Shown here piece after piece: positions 29,727 through 40,497 of a DNA stretch of 64,000 nt; within the stretch, counting starts at the first letter, position 1, and every line of letters starts with the position of its first letter. Origin of the DNA: Flavobacteriales bacterium (GTDB lineage Bacteria > Bacteroidota > Bacteroidia > Flavobacteriales > BACL11). A model generated the notes under the pieces. It saw only the letters and a program-made list of their open reading frames with translations, had not been told where the DNA came from and ran no database searches. Where the stretch lies: the NCBI GenBank assembly GCA_014381465.1, contig JACNLP010000027.1, positions 1,685-65,684 on the forward strand, in the 5' to 3' direction. The position numbers and the translations under genes were made by a program.

Positions 29727-31109
29727 TTACTCAAAAATTATTTTACCGTTTTCTATTATTTCTTCTTTTGTTTTAAGTGAGTAAAAATACATGCCGCTTG
29801 AAATATTTCCTCTTTTAATAGTTTTATTATTTGATACATCTTTTTCTAATACTTTTTTCCCAAACACATCATAAAGCACAATAGAAGTCGTTTTTTTATT
29901 TCCAATTGTAAATTGATTTTCAGCAGGATTTGGAAAAACTAAACTTGTTACTGGTTCTAAATTATTTATAGCAAGAGGAAATGAACCGCTAAAAACATAA
30001 AGTCCTGTTTGCATATCAGATACTAGAATACTTGAAAAAGCATGACTTTGAGCATCCCAGAAAGGGTATACACCCCAGGCTCCTTTATATGAAGCATGAC
30101 TATTTGGTAGATATGTATCGTAATGTAATACCTCAAAAGGGCTTGTAGGGTCAACAATATTAAAAACCCTCAAACCATCATGATAATAGGAAACAAACAA
30201 AAGCCCCTCTTTTATAATAGCATTATGTGCCATAGATTGAGAATCAACCCCAGAATTAAAAGTAGATAAAACAGAAATATTATTAAAATCACTTACATCT
30301 AAAAGTTTGATGTCGTATCCATGATTTTCATCTAACATAACATATACTGTACCGTCATCATTCAACCAACCCGAATGATTATAACCGGCATCAGGATAAG
30401 AGGTAAGTGAAGCCAATAAATTGGGCTGTACAGGAGAAGGTGTTCCTATCATAGAAAAATCTATAATTCTTAGTCCTTCATTTCCGCAATTAAGGTAAGC
30501 TGTGTCATTTCGAACATAAGCATCATGCACATGTCCAACATCATTGTAAGTATGTAAAAGGGTAGGACTTACAGGATTTGCTAAAGAATAAACTTCCATT
30601 GCTGAATTAAAATTATTAGGATTGGTGTGTTTCACGGCACAAACATAAAGTTTGGCGGTAGCAGTATCAATAAATATATTGTGGGATTTAGTAAAAAGTA
30701 TATTCGAATCATAAACTATACTTACAGAATTTGGTAAATTGCTAATATCCATAATCTGAAGTGTGCTAGTATTACCTTCATCACAAACTACATACAAATA
30801 ATTATCAAAATCATGATAATCTCTATGGATTACACCACTTCCAAAATAAGCTCCAGCAACAAAAGCAACTTCTGTGGCAGTGGCAGGATTGCTCACATCA
30901 AAAAAGTGTGTGCCAGCTGTTGAGCCAATAATAGCAATTTCTGCTCCATTTATCTCCACTCCCCATATTTCGTTATAAGTATTATTGAATGCTGAAGATC
31001 CAACTAAAGTTGTATCTTCCCAATGAAAGAGTAAATTGGTATTAAATTGTGCGAAAGATAATGTTGCAATGAAACAATTTGCTAATGTAAAAATTATTGA
31101 TTTCTTCAT
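29727..31109 (-). CDS. Choice-of-anchor B family protein with T9SS CTD
   Basis: YNEIWG, HRD, HN/HD repeats, YNHSGW, GAWGVYP, VFPNP CTD. Confidence 0.8.
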   Translation of the reverse strand: MKKSIIFTLANCFIATLSFAQFNTNLLFHWEDTTLVGSSAFNNTYNEIWGVEINGAEIAIIGSTAGTHFFDVSNPATATEVAFVAGAYFGSGVIHRDYHDFDNYLYVVCDEGNTSTLQIMDISNLPNSVSIVYDSNILFTKSHNIFIDTATAKLYVCAVKHTNPNNFNSAMEVYSLANPVSPTLLHTYNDVGHVHDAYVRNDTAYLNCGNEGLRIIDFSMIGTPSPVQPNLLASLTSYPDAGYNHSGWLNDDGTVYVMLDENHGYDIKLLDVSDFNNISVLSTFNSGVDSQSMAHNAIIKEGLLFVSYYHDGLRVFNIVDPTSPFEVLHYDTYLPNSHASYKGAWGVYPFWDAQSHAFSSILVSDMQTGLYVFSGSFPLAINNLEPVTSLVFPNPAENQFTIGNKKTTSIVLYDVFGKKVLEKDVSNNKTIKRGNISSGMYFYSLKTKEEIIENGKIIFE

Positions 31110-31111
31110 TT

Positions 31112-31921
31112 TTATAAGTTTGAAATTAGTTCTTTTATTATTAAGGTGAGTTTGGGTTCTGTAACTTCTGCTACCGCTTGCACATCTTCATGGGTTACTT
31201 TCTTTATTTTTCCAGGAACGCCCAAATCGGTAATTACCGAAATAGCAAATGAGGGAATATCCATGTGCCGTGCTACTACCACTTCCGGAACGGTGGACAT
31301 ACCAACAGTATCGCCTCCAATTTTTCTGAAATAGAAATATTCAGCAGGGGTTTCTAGGGTAGGGCCAGTTACGGCTACATAAACTCCTTTTTGAATTTTA
31401 ATGCTGTTTGCACTTGCAATCTGCTCAGCAGAGGCTATCATATTTGGACAATATGGCTCACTCATATCTGGGAATCTTGGTCCAAGTTCATTATCATTAT
31501 GTCCAATTAAAGGATTAGGAATAAGGTTAATGTGGTCAGAAATAATCATTAAATCGCCAATTTCAAAATCAGGATTTACCCCGCCACTTGCATTGGAAAC
31601 GATTAGATTTTTTATGCCTAAATACTTCATTACTCTTACAGGAAAAGTTACTTTTTCCATTGGGTAGCCTTCATAAAAATGAAATCTGCCTTGCATGGCA
31701 ACTACAACTTTTCCTCCCAATTTTCCAAAAATTAGTCTGCCAGAATGACCTTCCACAGTAGAGATAGGAAAATTAGGAATATCCTCATACGAAATGGAAT
31801 GTTCAATCTCAATTTCTTGCACTAAACCACCCAATCCTGTCCCTAAAATAATGCCAACTGCTGGCTTTTCATTTACTTTCTCTTTTAGAAAATTAGCTGT
31901 TTCTTTTATTTGCTGTAACAT
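31112..31921 (-). CDS. punA: Purine nucleoside phosphorylase
   Basis: ILGTGLG, GRFHFYEG, ETPAE, GMSTVPE motifs. Confidence 0.9.
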   Translation of the reverse strand: MLQQIKETANFLKEKVNEKPAVGIILGTGLGGLVQEIEIEHSISYEDIPNFPISTVEGHSGRLIFGKLGGKVVVAMQGRFHFYEGYPMEKVTFPVRVMKYLGIKNLIVSNASGGVNPDFEIGDLMIISDHINLIPNPLIGHNDNELGPRFPDMSEPYCPNMIASAEQIASANSIKIQKGVYVAVTGPTLETPAEYFYFRKIGGDTVGMSTVPEVVVARHMDIPSFAISVITDLGVPGKIKKVTHEDVQAVAEVTEPKLTLIIKELISNL

Positions 31922-32933
31922 AGTTTAATATTTGTTTTTCAAAATTTTCTTTTTCCTCAAATCCAGTTTCAATAGGAGCAAAATAAATATTTGCATCTCC
32001 AAATTTATTTTCAAATTTCCTTAATTTTACTGCATCTTTTTCGGTGGTCAAGATAAGTTTTTTTGTAGAGTTATCCTGATTGTATTTATTTAAGATATCC
32101 TCAATATCATTTAAGGTATAATTATGATGGTCGGCATATTCTAAATGGGAAACAGTATGATTATTATTTTTCAAATTTTCTACAAGAGTGGAGGCATTTG
32201 CAATTCCTGTAACCAAAGTAATACTGTATTTTTCTTCTACTAAAAAATCCTTATTTGTAGTAATACATTTCCAACTTTTGTAATTAATATGGCTGAAATA
32301 ACATTTTTGGGTAATAAAGACCCCCAATTGCTGAATAATACCTTTTTTCTCGGTGGGGTTTATATCTTTTGGCGATTTGCTTACCACAATTATTTCAGCT
32401 CTTTTACTTGATTCTTTACTTTCTCTGAGGGTTCCCATTGGTAGTAAATAGTCCTTATAATAAGGTAAACTATAATCTGTAATTAAGATATTGAAACCTG
32501 CTTTTACCCATCTATGCTGAAAACCATCATCTAAAAGAATAAGCTCTATTTCAGGATGTTTTTTCATTATATTTTCAATCCCTCTTTTTCTATTTTCATC
32601 CACAACTACCAAGCAGTTTGGATGTTTTTGTTTAATAAGTAATGACTCATCCCCCACTTTTTTTGCTGTACTTTCTGTACTGACTTCTTGGAATCCGCTT
32701 GTATTTCTGCCATACCCTCTACTAAGTACAGCTATATTTTTTTCGTTTTTTAATAATGTAATAATATAATCGGTAAGGGGGGTTTTCCCTGTGCCGCCAA
32801 CCGATAAATTGCCAATGCAAATAATAGGAATATCAAATGTTTTAGAAGGAAAAATACCCATGTCAAAAAGTAAATTTCTCAAATTTGTAACAATAGCATA
32901 CAAAACAGAAAAGGGGTAAAGGACTAATTGCAT
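31893..32933 (-). CDS. lpxK: Tetraacyldisaccharide 4'-kinase
   Basis: GNLSVGGTGKTP, LSRGY, DDGFQH, TEKD motifs. Confidence 0.94.
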   Translation of the reverse strand: MQLVLYPFSVLYAIVTNLRNLLFDMGIFPSKTFDIPIICIGNLSVGGTGKTPLTDYIITLLKNEKNIAVLSRGYGRNTSGFQEVSTESTAKKVGDESLLIKQKHPNCLVVVDENRKRGIENIMKKHPEIELILLDDGFQHRWVKAGFNILITDYSLPYYKDYLLPMGTLRESKESSKRAEIIVVSKSPKDINPTEKKGIIQQLGVFITQKCYFSHINYKSWKCITTNKDFLVEEKYSITLVTGIANASTLVENLKNNNHTVSHLEYADHHNYTLNDIEDILNKYNQDNSTKKLILTTEKDAVKLRKFENKFGDANIYFAPIETGFEEKENFEKQILNYVTANKRNS

Positions 32934-33054
32934 ACTGCAAAGATAGAATTTAGATATTAGAATAGATATTAGATGTGAGATTTTTGATTGTTTACTATTG
33001 GTTTTTGGTAGGTAATTTTTTAGGGATTGTACTTTTGTTTTGTACTTTTGAAAA

Positions 33055-34149
33055 ATGAATATAAAAGAAGTAACTAATTTTTTAGAAAGCTATGCGCCTT
33101 TACAATATCAAGAAAGCTATGATAATTGTGGTTTAATTGTTGGAGATGCTAAAGCTAAAGTTAAGGGTGCGCTTATCACTTTGGATTGTACTGAAGTAAT
33201 AATTGATGAGGCGATAGCAACAGAATGTAATCTAGTTATTGCTCATCATCCTATTGTTTTTGGAGGGCTTAAAAAACTAAATGGGAGTAATTATATTGAG
33301 CGTACGGTTATAAAGGCAATCAAAAATGATATTGCTATTTATGCTATCCACACCAACTTGGATAATGTCCATAATGGTGTAAGTGCAAAAATTGCTGAAA
33401 AAATTGGACTAGAAAACTCTAAAGTGCTTGCACCTAAAAAAGATTTGCTAAGGCAATTGGCTGTTTATTGCCCAACCTCTGATGTCGAAAAAGTAAAAAC
33501 AGTACTTTTTCAGGCAGGAGCAGGGGCAATAGGAAATTATGATGAGTGTAGTTTTTCTGCAAAAGGAGAAGGAACTTTTAGGGCAAATGAGGGTTGTGAT
33601 CCTCATATTGGAAATATTGGAGAAAGACACAGAGAAAAGGAGGAGAAAATAGAAGTAATTTTTCCTAAATATAAGGAAAATGCAATTATTTCAGCATTGA
33701 AAAGCGAACATCCTTATGAAGAAGTTGCCTATCAAATATATATTTTAGACAATATTTACAACAATGTTGGTGCCGGAATTGTTGGAGATTTGCCTAATAA
33801 AGTAGATGCAAATCAGTTTTTAGAAATACTTAAAAGCAATATGAAAACCGATTGCATTCGCCATACAAAATTAGTAAAAAATCAGATAAAAAGAGTGGCT
33901 ATTTGTGGAGGTAGTGGTAGTTTTTTACTCTCTAATGCTATATGTGAAAAAGCAGATGTTTTTATTACATCCGATTTTAAATATCACGAATTTTTTGATG
34001 CAGAAAATGACATAATTATTGCAGATATTGGACACTTTGAAAGTGAACAATTTACAAAGGACTTAATTTATGATTTGCTTAGCAAAAAATTTAGTAAATT
34101 TGCCGTCCGATTATCAAAAGTAAATACAAACCCAATAAACTACCTTTAA
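33055..34149 (+). CDS. Nif3-like dinuclear metal centre protein
   Basis: YDNCGL, AHHP, HTNLD, HPYEEVA, GHFESE motifs. Confidence 0.9.
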   Translation: MNIKEVTNFLESYAPLQYQESYDNCGLIVGDAKAKVKGALITLDCTEVIIDEAIATECNLVIAHHPIVFGGLKKLNGSNYIERTVIKAIKNDIAIYAIHTNLDNVHNGVSAKIAEKIGLENSKVLAPKKDLLRQLAVYCPTSDVEKVKTVLFQAGAGAIGNYDECSFSAKGEGTFRANEGCDPHIGNIGERHREKEEKIEVIFPKYKENAIISALKSEHPYEEVAYQIYILDNIYNNVGAGIVGDLPNKVDANQFLEILKSNMKTDCIRHTKLVKNQIKRVAICGGSGSFLLSNAICEKADVFITSDFKYHEFFDAENDIIIADIGHFESEQFTKDLIYDLLSKKFSKFAVRLSKVNTNPINYL

Positions 34150-34153
34150 AAAG

Positions 34154-34921
34154 ATGGCAAAAACCACAAAAAAATCTACCGCAAAAACCCTTAGCATTTC
34201 AGTAGAAGATAAATTAAAAGCATTATACCAACTACAATGTGTTGATTCTGATATTGATAGCATTAGGGTGACAAGAGGAGAACTTCCTTTAGAAATTCAA
34301 GATTTGGAAGATGATATTACTGGGTTAAATACCAGAATTGATAAACTAAATGAGGAATTACTAACATTAGATGACTCTTTATCAGCATCTAGATTAAAGA
34401 AAAAAAATGCAAAAGCGCTAATTAAAAAATACGATAAGCAAATAACCAACATCAAAAACAATAGAGAATACGAATCTCTTTCTAAAGAAATTGAGTTTCA
34501 AACTTTAGAAATTGAACTATGTGAGAAAAAAGAAAAAGAAATTAAGGCAAAAAAAATAATGAAGGATGAGGTGGTTTTAGGAACAAAGGATACTCTAAAA
34601 GAAAGAAAGAAAGAGCTGAAAATAAAAAATGGAGAATTGGATGAAATAATTAAAGATACCGAAAAAGAGGAAAAAAGCTTAATGGGAAAATCAGATAAAG
34701 CCCAAAAAGTAATTGAAGACAGATTATTAAATGCTTATGCTAGAATTCGTACAAATGTAAAGAACGGATTGGCTGTAGTTTCGGTAGATAGAGATGCTTG
34801 TGGAGGGTGTTTTAATAAAATTCCACCGCAAAGACAAATAGATATTAGAATGCACAAAAAAGTAATTGTTTGCGAGCATTGTGGAAGAATTCTGATTGAT
34901 GCTGAGATGTTTGAGAATTAA
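34154..34921 (+). CDS. Coiled-coil protein with C4 zinc ribbon (DUF164-like)
   Basis: CGGC...CEHCGRIL; typical downstream partner of nif3. Confidence 0.85.
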   Translation: MAKTTKKSTAKTLSISVEDKLKALYQLQCVDSDIDSIRVTRGELPLEIQDLEDDITGLNTRIDKLNEELLTLDDSLSASRLKKKNAKALIKKYDKQITNIKNNREYESLSKEIEFQTLEIELCEKKEKEIKAKKIMKDEVVLGTKDTLKERKKELKIKNGELDEIIKDTEKEEKSLMGKSDKAQKVIEDRLLNAYARIRTNVKNGLAVVSVDRDACGGCFNKIPPQRQIDIRMHKKVIVCEHCGRILIDAEMFEN

Positions 34922-34983
34922 GATTTAAAAAATATTATCATTTAAATGGGGTTTCATATCTTTGAAATCTCATTTTTTATGCC

Positions 34984-36471
34984 ATGAGAAAAATATTTCC
35001 CTTTTTAGTAATTGCTTTTTCTTGCCTTTTTGTATCGGCTTCATTCGATATGAATAACAATATGCAAAACGCTTATACTGCAATAATTGATTTACAATTT
35101 GAAAAAGGACAGAGCTATATTGAACTAGAGAAAAAACAAAATCCTTATAATGGGCTTATTCTTCTAAATGAAAATTACAAAGATTTTTTAGAGTTAATAA
35201 TAGGAGAGGATAAGCAGTTTTTTGAAAAAATTTCAGCAAATAAAAATAAGCGACTATCAGCAATTGAGAAATGCGATAAAAACTCTCCCTATTATTTGTA
35301 TGCCAAAGCAGAGATAAATTTGCAATGGGCATTTGCTCGATTGAAATTTCAAGAGTATTTTCTAGCAGCTTATGAAATACAAAAGGCCTATTTTCTTTTA
35401 GAAGAAAACCAAAAGAAATTTCCGAATTTTCATCTTAATAAAAAAGGGATGGGTTTTTTGCATTGCCTTATTGGTTCAATCCCTGAAAATTATAAGTGGA
35501 TTGTAAGTGCAATAGGGATAAATGGTGGAATTGATAAAGGACTTAATGAGTTGCGTGAATTGCTTTTACTTACCGAAAAAGATGAAAATTATAAAATCTA
35601 TAATACAGAGTTACTTTTTTTAATTTCGTTTTTGGAAATGAATTTAACGATTGATAAAAGTCAATTTCAAAAAACATTAGATGCAATTGGCGAAAAACAT
35701 CAGCAACATATTCTGCTAACTTTTGCGTCAGCTCGACTTTCTAGTAAACTAGGGAAAAATGACCTGACGCTTCAAATTCTAAAAAATCGCCAAAAAAAGC
35801 TGGGGCAATTTGAATTTGCTTATTTGGATTATTTGCTTGCCATGTCAGAACTTTATGAATTGCAACCATCTGCAAAAAAGAATTTCCTTTCTTTTATACA
35901 AAATTTCAAAGGGCAGAATTATATTAAATCGGCATATCAAAAATTAGCTTGGATTGCTTATTTGGATAATGATTCTATATTGAAAGATGTTTATTTTGAA
36001 AAAGTAAAACAAAACGGAAATACCTATTTAGATGAAGATAAACAAGCTCAGAGACAAGCTGAAAGCAGAATGATATCCCATCCTATTTTGCTAAGAAGTA
36101 GATTGTTTTATGATGGGGGCTATTATAAGAAAACACTTAAAGAATTAGAATCGGTTGAAAGTCCAGATCTTTTTTTCAATACAGAAAACATCATAGAATA
36201 TTGGTACAGAATGGGAAGGGTTTTTCAAAAGATGAAAAAACTACAAAAAGAAACTATTTTATTTTTTGAGAAAGCAATAACTGTTGGGATAAATTCTAAT
36301 TCTTATTATGCACCAATGTCCTGTTTACAAATTGCTATTGAATACGAAAAAAATGGTGAAAGTAAAAAAGCAAAATCCTATTACAACAAATGTTTAAGCA
36401 TGAAAAATTTTGATTACCAAAGAGGAATTCATCAAAAAGCAAAAGCAGGTTTAGAAAGAGTTTCTAACTAG
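34984..36471 (+). CDS. TPR-repeat exported protein
   Basis: Signal peptide, helical TPR-like repeats. Confidence 0.65.
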   Translation: MRKIFPFLVIAFSCLFVSASFDMNNNMQNAYTAIIDLQFEKGQSYIELEKKQNPYNGLILLNENYKDFLELIIGEDKQFFEKISANKNKRLSAIEKCDKNSPYYLYAKAEINLQWAFARLKFQEYFLAAYEIQKAYFLLEENQKKFPNFHLNKKGMGFLHCLIGSIPENYKWIVSAIGINGGIDKGLNELRELLLLTEKDENYKIYNTELLFLISFLEMNLTIDKSQFQKTLDAIGEKHQQHILLTFASARLSSKLGKNDLTLQILKNRQKKLGQFEFAYLDYLLAMSELYELQPSAKKNFLSFIQNFKGQNYIKSAYQKLAWIAYLDNDSILKDVYFEKVKQNGNTYLDEDKQAQRQAESRMISHPILLRSRLFYDGGYYKKTLKELESVESPDLFFNTENIIEYWYRMGRVFQKMKKLQKETILFFEKAITVGINSNSYYAPMSCLQIAIEYEKNGESKKAKSYYNKCLSMKNFDYQRGIHQKAKAGLERVSN

Positions 36472-37904
36472 TAACGCAAGCCCAAAGTAAATAAGAAATT
36501 GTGATAAGTTGTAGTAATTGCTGCCGGTTGTACTAAATCAGCAGAATATGTATAATGTTCACTACTTCCTTCTGAGAATACATAAGCAAAATCAGCAATA
36601 AAATGCCCTCTATCAATTCCTAAACCAAAGGAAAAACTTTGATTTGTTAGTTCTGTATTTTCTTTGTACGGGCTTCCATAAAGAGCGTATCCAGCTCTAA
36701 TCCTAAATGGCTTGTATTTCATTTCTCCACCCAAACGAATGTTTGTCGCTTTTGTATATAAAGAATTGATTATTTCATTTTCATCTGAAAATTTATAAGA
36801 ATCAGAATTGAATTTAGTTGAGGAATAATCTATCATCTCAATATCAGCAGTAATAAGCCCTTTCTTCTGAATGTTAATTGCAATACTTCCAATTGTTTTC
36901 CAAGGGGTTCTAAGCTCATAATTAAAATAACCAAAAGGGGATGTTTCATATATTGTTCCTAAACTATCACTCCAAACAGCAGTAATTGCAGTGCTATATT
37001 CATCTTCCATATCATAAAAAGTAGGAGAGTGCAAAGCACCACCAACTCGAACCCAATCGTTTAGACGAACAATAGCACCAACTTTGAGATTAACACCTTT
37101 TCCTGTTGTAGTTAGTTCTTCCGAATAATCAAAGTATTGCAAATGTGCGGCAGTATCGGCAAATTCACTTTCGGTATAAGTCGATTTTTCATAATAATCC
37201 AAGCTTGGCATACCGATAGTTGCACCCAAATATATTCTGTCTTCATAAGATGTGCCAACTGAGAAAACATATTCTCCAGCTGAGCCACTGCTGTTAATTA
37301 CTTTTTCTTGTTTCTTACTTAAATTGGCATTAAGATTTGAAATATAATTACCATTATCAATGGTGTCCAAAGGATCAAAAAGATAGGTATTCCAAGCTAA
37401 TAGTTCCGTAAAGCTATTTAGATTGTTTATTGTATTTCCTTGCGCATTTGCTACAAAATTATCAATCATAGAACTACTACTATTTTCTCCACTTATATAA
37501 GTTCTTTTTTTATAATTAGCAGTTCTATTATATCCAAAAGCAAGATTAATGCGTTTCCACTGCTCATCATTTCTTGGTGATGAAACCACATATCCAAAAT
37601 TAGAAAAATTAGTATTTAGTTTTTCATCTACATTTCTGCTGCCGCCGAAATAAGAAGTAGTTACAATATTACCAAAAGAGGGTGTAAAAGTAAGTTCGCT
37701 AAATTGATAAAATCCAATTCCTGCTGGATTATAACTTAATGTAGTAAAATCCGCACCCAATGCTCCATAGGCCCCAGCCATTGCCGAAAACCTGGCAGTT
37801 CCTACAATATCATTCTGAGAGTATCTTAATGCATCAATTTCAGTTTGAGCATTGGAATAATAAAAAAGCGATACGCTTAGTAAAGTTAAAAATAGTTTTT
37901 GCAT
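36468..37904 (-). CDS. OmpP1/FadL-family outer membrane transporter
   Basis: GTARF.AMAGAYGALG, NPAG motif, C-terminal LGLRY. Confidence 0.8.
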   Translation of the reverse strand: MQKLFLTLLSVSLFYYSNAQTEIDALRYSQNDIVGTARFSAMAGAYGALGADFTTLSYNPAGIGFYQFSELTFTPSFGNIVTTSYFGGSRNVDEKLNTNFSNFGYVVSSPRNDEQWKRINLAFGYNRTANYKKRTYISGENSSSSMIDNFVANAQGNTINNLNSFTELLAWNTYLFDPLDTIDNGNYISNLNANLSKKQEKVINSSGSAGEYVFSVGTSYEDRIYLGATIGMPSLDYYEKSTYTESEFADTAAHLQYFDYSEELTTTGKGVNLKVGAIVRLNDWVRVGGALHSPTFYDMEDEYSTAITAVWSDSLGTIYETSPFGYFNYELRTPWKTIGSIAINIQKKGLITADIEMIDYSSTKFNSDSYKFSDENEIINSLYTKATNIRLGGEMKYKPFRIRAGYALYGSPYKENTELTNQSFSFGLGIDRGHFIADFAYVFSEGSSEHYTYSADLVQPAAITTTYHNFLFTLGLRY

Positions 37905-37908
37905 TTTT

Positions 37909-38910
37909 TTAATTTCTTGGTTTCACACTTCTGTTTCCTGACCTATTCGAACTGCCACTACTTCTATTAGAACTGCCGCTACTCCTTGTAGAGCTTCCTC
38001 TAGAATTTGATTTAGGAGTTGTATAAGTTCTGTTGGAATTTCCTCTATTTGAATTTCCGCTCTTATAAGTGTTGTTTCTTGAATTTGTTCTATTGTTTTT
38101 GTAGGTATTTGTTTTTACAGCTCTATTAGTGGTGGGTTTTGTAGTATTATGTTTTATACTTGACCTATTAATATTACTTTTTACACTTTGATTAGAATTG
38201 TTTTTTACTTGTCTTGTAGTAATTTTATTATTTATTACTCTATCAAATTTATTGTAAGAAGAATTGTTGTTTTTGTTATTAGGAGATTTTACCACCGATT
38301 TTACCGATCGGTTCGTATTTGTTTTTGATGACATGGATCCCCTTGGACCATAATGATAAGAATTTGCATCATAGCTATTGCTGTAGATGTAATCATTATT
38401 GTAATTATTATATCCATAATGATGATTGTAGCTATAATTATGATGGTTGTAATAGCCATAATAAGGAGTGTAATACGAATATCCCCAACTATAATAAGGA
38501 GAATAAAATGGATCGTAATAATTATAGCCAAAATAAATACTTGTGCCGCAATGATAAGGATTGTGCGAATACCAATAATAATCGGTATAAAGCCCTCCAT
38601 AATATCCCATGCTCCAAAGTGGTCGGTGGAATCTTCTTATTCTGGCAGAATAAGAAAAATCATAATAATCATCCGCTTGATAATAATCGCCATAATAATT
38701 GTTTACAATTGTACCATCTTCTGAAGTGTCAGTTAGCACAACATTATCTTCATCCGTTGGTTCATTTTCTATGGATGTATAATCATTAAAATCTTCAAAC
38801 TCATTTTGGTTTAAATAATTTGCGTCTTCATAGCTTTGCGTATAATAAACAGTGGTACACGAACTAAGTAAAAATGCGGCTAAAAACGAAAGGATTGTTG
38901 TTGTTTTCAT
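37909..38910 (-). CDS. Hypothetical lipoprotein with Tyr/Gly/Asn-rich and Ser/Arg-rich low-complexity tail
   Basis: Lipobox LSSC; YSARIRRFH motif; usual neighbour of proS in Bacteroidota. Confidence 0.7.
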   Translation of the reverse strand: MKTTTILSFLAAFLLSSCTTVYYTQSYEDANYLNQNEFEDFNDYTSIENEPTDEDNVVLTDTSEDGTIVNNYYGDYYQADDYYDFSYSARIRRFHRPLWSMGYYGGLYTDYYWYSHNPYHCGTSIYFGYNYYDPFYSPYYSWGYSYYTPYYGYYNHHNYSYNHHYGYNNYNNDYIYSNSYDANSYHYGPRGSMSSKTNTNRSVKSVVKSPNNKNNNSSYNKFDRVINNKITTRQVKNNSNQSVKSNINRSSIKHNTTKPTTNRAVKTNTYKNNRTNSRNNTYKSGNSNRGNSNRTYTTPKSNSRGSSTRSSGSSNRSSGSSNRSGNRSVKPRN

Positions 38911-39023
38911 GACTTTATTTTTTAATTTGACTAAACCAAACAAAGATAGTTTAATTTATTTAATTTTGGCATCTTAATTAGAAGAACGAAATATCGTCAA
39001 TAAAATTACAATTTTATAATTAA

Positions 39024-40496
39024 ATGGCAAAGAAGATTACATCAAGAGATACTGATTACTCCAAATGGTATAACGATATTGTGCAGCAAGCTGATTTGGC
39101 AGAGAATTCAGGAGTAAGAGGTTGTATGGTTATAAAGCCTTATGGCTATGCTATTTGGGAGAAAATGCAAGCAGAACTGGATAGAATGTTTAAAGAAACT
39201 GGGCATCAAAATGCTTATTTTCCACTATTTATTCCAAAATCCTATTTTAGTAAAGAGGCAAGTCATGTAGATGGATTTGCAAAAGAATGTGCTGTAGTAA
39301 CTCATTATCGACTTAAAAATGCAGAAGATGGCAATGGTATTGTTGTAGATGAAACTGCAAAATTGGAAGAAGAACTTATTGTACGCCCAACTTCTGAAAC
39401 AATTATTTGGGATACTTATCGAAAGTGGATTCAATCATATAGAGATTTACCACTACTTATAAATCAATGGGCTAATGTAGTGCGTTGGGAAATGCGTACA
39501 AGATTATTTTTGCGTACCACTGAATTCTTATGGCAGGAAGGGCATACTGCTCATGCAACAAAAGATGAAGCTATTCAAGAAACAAAAACTATATTAGATA
39601 TTTATGCTGATTTTGCAGAGAGATTTATGGCAATGCCAGTGGAAAAAGGTACAAAAACAGAAGGAGAAAGGTTTGCAGGGGCAATAGAAACTTATTGTAT
39701 AGAAGCGCTAATGCAAGATGGAAAAGCACTTCAAGCAGGAACATCTCATTTTTTAGGACAAAATTTTGCAAAAGCTTTTGATGTGAAATTTGCTACAAAA
39801 GAGGGTAAACAAGAATATGTTTGGGCTTCTTCTTGGGGGGTTTCTACTCGTTTAATGGGTGCTTTAATTATGACACACTCTGATGATAATGGATTGGTTC
39901 TTCCTCCAAATTTAGCACCTTTTCAAGTAGTAATTGTTCCCATTTACAAAGGAGAGGAACAATTAAAATTAGTATCAAAGCAAGCGTTAAAAATAAAGGA
40001 ATTGCTTAAAAGAAAAGGGATTTCAGTAAAATATGATGATAGAGATACGCATAAGCCAGGGTGGAAATTTGCAGAATACGAACTAAAAGGTGTGCCAGTT
40101 CGCTTGGCTATTGGACAAAGGGATTTAGAAAATGGAACAATAGAAATTGCAAGAAGAGATACAATGGAGAAAGAGACTTATCAGATTACTGATATTGAAA
40201 ATAAAATAGAACACCTTTTAGAGCAAATTCAATTGAATTTGTACAAGAAAGCACTTACAAGAAAAGAAGAAGAAACTTATAAAGCAGATACATTTGATGA
40301 GTTTAAAGATTTGGTTAAAAAGGGTGGGTTTATCTGGGCACATTGGGATGGAACGAGCGAAACAGAGGAGAAAATAAAGCAACAGACAAAAGCTACCATT
40401 AGATGTATTCCATTAGAAAAAACTAAAGAATTGGGAAAATGTATTTTTAGTGGAAAGGCGTCTAATCAAAGAGTATTATTTGCAAAAGCTTATTAA
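39024..40496 (+). CDS. proS: Proline--tRNA ligase (archaeal/eukaryote type)
   Basis: [26 protein letters not shown]-terminal FAKAY. Confidence 0.96.
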   Translation: MAKKITSRDTDYSKWYNDIVQQADLAENSGVRGCMVIKPYGYAIWEKMQAELDRMFKETGHQNAYFPLFIPKSYFSKEASHVDGFAKECAVVTHYRLKNAEDGNGIVVDETAKLEEELIVRPTSETIIWDTYRKWIQSYRDLPLLINQWANVVRWEMRTRLFLRTTEFLWQEGHTAHATKDEAIQETKTILDIYADFAERFMAMPVEKGTKTEGERFAGAIETYCIEALMQDGKALQAGTSHFLGQNFAKAFDVKFATKEGKQEYVWASSWGVSTRLMGALIMTHSDDNGLVLPPNLAPFQVVIVPIYKGEEQLKLVSKQALKIKELLKRKGISVKYDDRDTHKPGWKFAEYELKGVPVRLAIGQRDLENGTIEIARRDTMEKETYQITDIENKIEHLLEQIQLNLYKKALTRKEEETYKADTFDEFKDLVKKGGFIWAHWDGTSETEEKIKQQTKATIRCIPLEKTKELGKCIFSGKASNQRVLFAKAY

Positions 40497-40497
40497 T

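Noticed and set aside
38301-38789. Overlapping Ile/His-rich ORFs (38301..38600, 38319..38789, 38353..38724)
   Set aside because: Shadow frames of the TAT/AAT-rich low-complexity lipoprotein gene 37909..38910
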